Source: Calditrichota bacterium (lineage in GTDB: Bacteria > CLD3). From it: DNA of 64,000 nt. The stretch is taken from the NCBI GenBank assembly GCA_008501735.1, contig QQUF01000040.1, forward strand, positions 70,431-134,430, read 5' to 3'. Shown here in pieces: positions 62,052-64,000 of this stretch. Position numbers and translations under genes: made by a program. Below the pieces are notes generated by a model. That model had not been told where the DNA came from and did no database searches. It worked only from the letters and a program-made list of their open reading frames with translations. Each line of letters starts with the position of its first letter. Position 1 is the first letter of the stretch.

Positions 62052-63668
62052 ATGGGATTATTAAAATTTACATTTTGCTTTTTGGTAATTTTTTTTCAAA
62101 GTGCTTTCGCAGAAGAATCGTCAAAATTTAAAATTTTACAGACTCCTGAAAAAATTGCTCAAATTAGAATTTGGGGCGATTTTGAAGATGGAAAGTCCAA
62201 AAAAGATGAAAATGGGAAATGGCTTTCGGGAATAAGAATTATTACTCCGATTGACAACATTGTTGTTGATTCGAGAAGTGGAGTTTATGGCAGAGAAACA
62301 AAACCCGGTGAGGTTTTTGTTTACGTCTCACCTTATGAAACGGCTTTGACAATTTATGCAAGTGGGCACGAACCTTTAAAAATTATTCTTAGAGAACAAG
62401 GAATTAGGCTAAAAGAATCTGAGGCTTGGGAAATCAAATTGAAAACCAACTCCACCAAAAAAATATCCGATGAAAAGGGGAATTTCATTCTTGATTCCAA
62501 ACCGACAGGAGCAACAATCACGATTGACGGATTTCCAACTTTTAGCGAAAAAACTCCTTTTACTTTCAAAAATTGGATTGCACAACCTTACAAAATTAAA
62601 ATGGAACTTGAAGGCAATGAAGATTACCAAATTCTGGAAAGTGTAATTCTGATTGAAGGAAATCAAACTTTAGAAAACACTTACTCACTTGAGCCTGCAT
62701 TTGGCTTTGTGAAATTTAGTGCAGAAAATGGTGCAAAATTCATTCTTGACCAAGAGGAAGTCGGAACAACAACTTACTCAGGAAAAGTCGGAATCGGCGA
62801 GCACAGTTTGACAATTAAAAAAGAGTGGTACAGAACTTTAGACACTCTTTTTACAATTGAAGGCGGAGAAAATCTAGAAAGAGATTTCAAACTTGAACCA
62901 ACTTTTGGGAATATCGAAATTGTAACAAACGAAGGTGCAGAAATCTACCTTGACGGAGAATTAGTTGGAAAAGGAAGTTATTCAGGAAAAGTGAAAATTG
63001 GTGAGCATAATTTGAAAATCGGCTCAGGCAAAAAATTCAACTACCATTTGGAAACTTTTCAAATCTCAGCTTTAGAGAACAAAAGAATCAATCGTTTGGT
63101 TAATGCAAAAACAGGTAGGCTTTTGGCAAGTTCACTTCCGACAGAAGCAGAATTGTTTTTGAATGGAGAACTAAGAGGAAATACGATTAACGAAGAATTG
63201 ACAGTTGGAATTTACAACTTAAAATCCCAACTTTTTCCTCGTTACATCACTCAAGAACAAACTGTAACGATTGAAGAAGGCAAGACTTCAAAAGTAATTT
63301 TCAAACTTACTTCTCAAAGCAAATCTTTAACACAAAATTTTGACAAATGGAAATCAAGACGAAATATTTTTCTCTATTCTTCACTTGCATTTTTGGCTTC
63401 GGGAGTTTCGAGCCAATTCCTAAATAATTCGGCAGTTAACGACTACAAAACAGCAACTTCAACTTCTGCTGTGAATTCTTCAAAAGACAGTGCTGACAGG
63501 TGGAAAATGATTTCTCTCGGAACTTACGCTGTTGGCGGAGTCTTGAGCCTTGCAACAATTTATTCTTTCTTCAAAGAACAAAGTTATAAAAATGAGCTGA
63601 ATAGTTTTAGTCTGAATTTTGTTCCGTCGAATGATAAATTTGCTGTTGAGTTTAGAATTTGGAATTAA
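62052..63668 (+). CDS. PEGA-domain repeat protein with signal peptide and C-terminal TM anchor
   Basis: At least 4 PEGA-like units are present (TITIDGFPT, KFILDQEEVGTT, EIYLDGELVGKG, ELFLNGELRGNT). The start MGLLKF is at 62052. Confidence 0.65.
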   Translation: MGLLKFTFCFLVIFFQSAFAEESSKFKILQTPEKIAQIRIWGDFEDGKSKKDENGKWLSGIRIITPIDNIVVDSRSGVYGRETKPGEVFVYVSPYETALTIYASGHEPLKIILREQGIRLKESEAWEIKLKTNSTKKISDEKGNFILDSKPTGATITIDGFPTFSEKTPFTFKNWIAQPYKIKMELEGNEDYQILESVILIEGNQTLENTYSLEPAFGFVKFSAENGAKFILDQEEVGTTTYSGKVGIGEHSLTIKKEWYRTLDTLFTIEGGENLERDFKLEPTFGNIEIVTNEGAEIYLDGELVGKGSYSGKVKIGEHNLKIGSGKKFNYHLETFQISALENKRINRLVNAKTGRLLASSLPTEAELFLNGELRGNTINEELTVGIYNLKSQLFPRYITQEQTVTIEEGKTSKVIFKLTSQSKSLTQNFDKWKSRRNIFLYSSLAFLASGVSSQFLNNSAVNDYKTATSTSAVNSSKDSADRWKMISLGTYAVGGVLSLATIYSFFKEQSYKNELNSFSLNFVPSNDKFAVEFRIWN

Positions 63669-63713
63669 ATCGTTCTAAGCAGAAACATTTGAATGAGAGA
63701 AATTACTTTTCTC

Positions 63714-64000
63714 CTAATTTTTTGATTCAACAAAATTCTTTAACTTTATAAAATCTTTTTCTTGCCGTTTTTGCATTTCATTTTTCATTAAAGGAAGCAA
63801 AAGTTTCCAAAGAAGATTATTTCCTTTTGCTTGAACTCTACTCAAAACTTCCGTTTGCGTGGCAAGTCTTCTAAATCGAATTTTGTTTTCACTTGAAAAA
63901 GAATCGTGGTGCATTCTAAAGGAAAATTCTTCGTTTTCTTTAATTCCTGTTACTTCTTCAATGAAAAAAATCTCTTTTCCATCTTCTTCAAAAGTGATTC
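63714..64000 (-). CDS. C-terminal part of a gene running off the window end (hypothetical)
   Basis: The minus-strand ORF is still open at 64000. The track shows only its last 66 aa. Confidence 0.35.
   Translation of the reverse strand, partial: ITFEEDGKEIFFIEEVTGIKENEEFSFRMHHDSFSSENKIRFRRLATQTEVLSRVQAKGNNLLWKLLLPLMKNEMQKRQEKDFIKLKNFVESKN

Overview
This is about 64 kb of low-GC (roughly mid-30s % by eye) chromosomal DNA from a bacterium of the FCB superphylum (Bacteroidota or Ignavibacteriota-like). Three observations support that placement: many secreted proteins end in T9SS/Por C-terminal sorting domains (NYPNPFNPST motif), the primary sigma factor is the short ~285-aa type, and there is a LytTR/Hpt phosphorelay. 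Most genes are housekeeping: TldD/PmbA, an NfnAB-like oxidoreductase, TRAP DctQM, pyrimidine-nucleoside phosphorylase, tmk, speH, accA, accC/pycA-like, an S41 C-terminal processing protease, an M24 aminopeptidase and an ABC exporter. Accessory or defence-like content is scattered among them. At the left edge is a Schlafen/AlbA_2 + NB-ARC + TPR STAND NTPase. A tightly coupled, AT-richer two-gene cassette (ABC/AAA_21-type ATPase plus a ~230-aa putative Toprim/DUF4276-like partner) sits exactly between pmbA and tldD. There is also a HepT/MntA toxin-antitoxin pair, a Uma2 endonuclease, and a HIT + PolB-exo-like pair. Other notable items are a large hybrid histidine kinase with 3 receiver domains plus Hpt plus a LytTR regulator, a porin / flavinylatable FMN_bind protein / 4-TM membrane protein module, tandem T9SS BNR paralogs, and a family of sequence-conserved palindromic stem-loops at gene ends. 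I found no rRNA, tRNA, CRISPR array or transposase/IS element. Protein family calls rest on motif-level reading of the supplied translations. No database searches were run.
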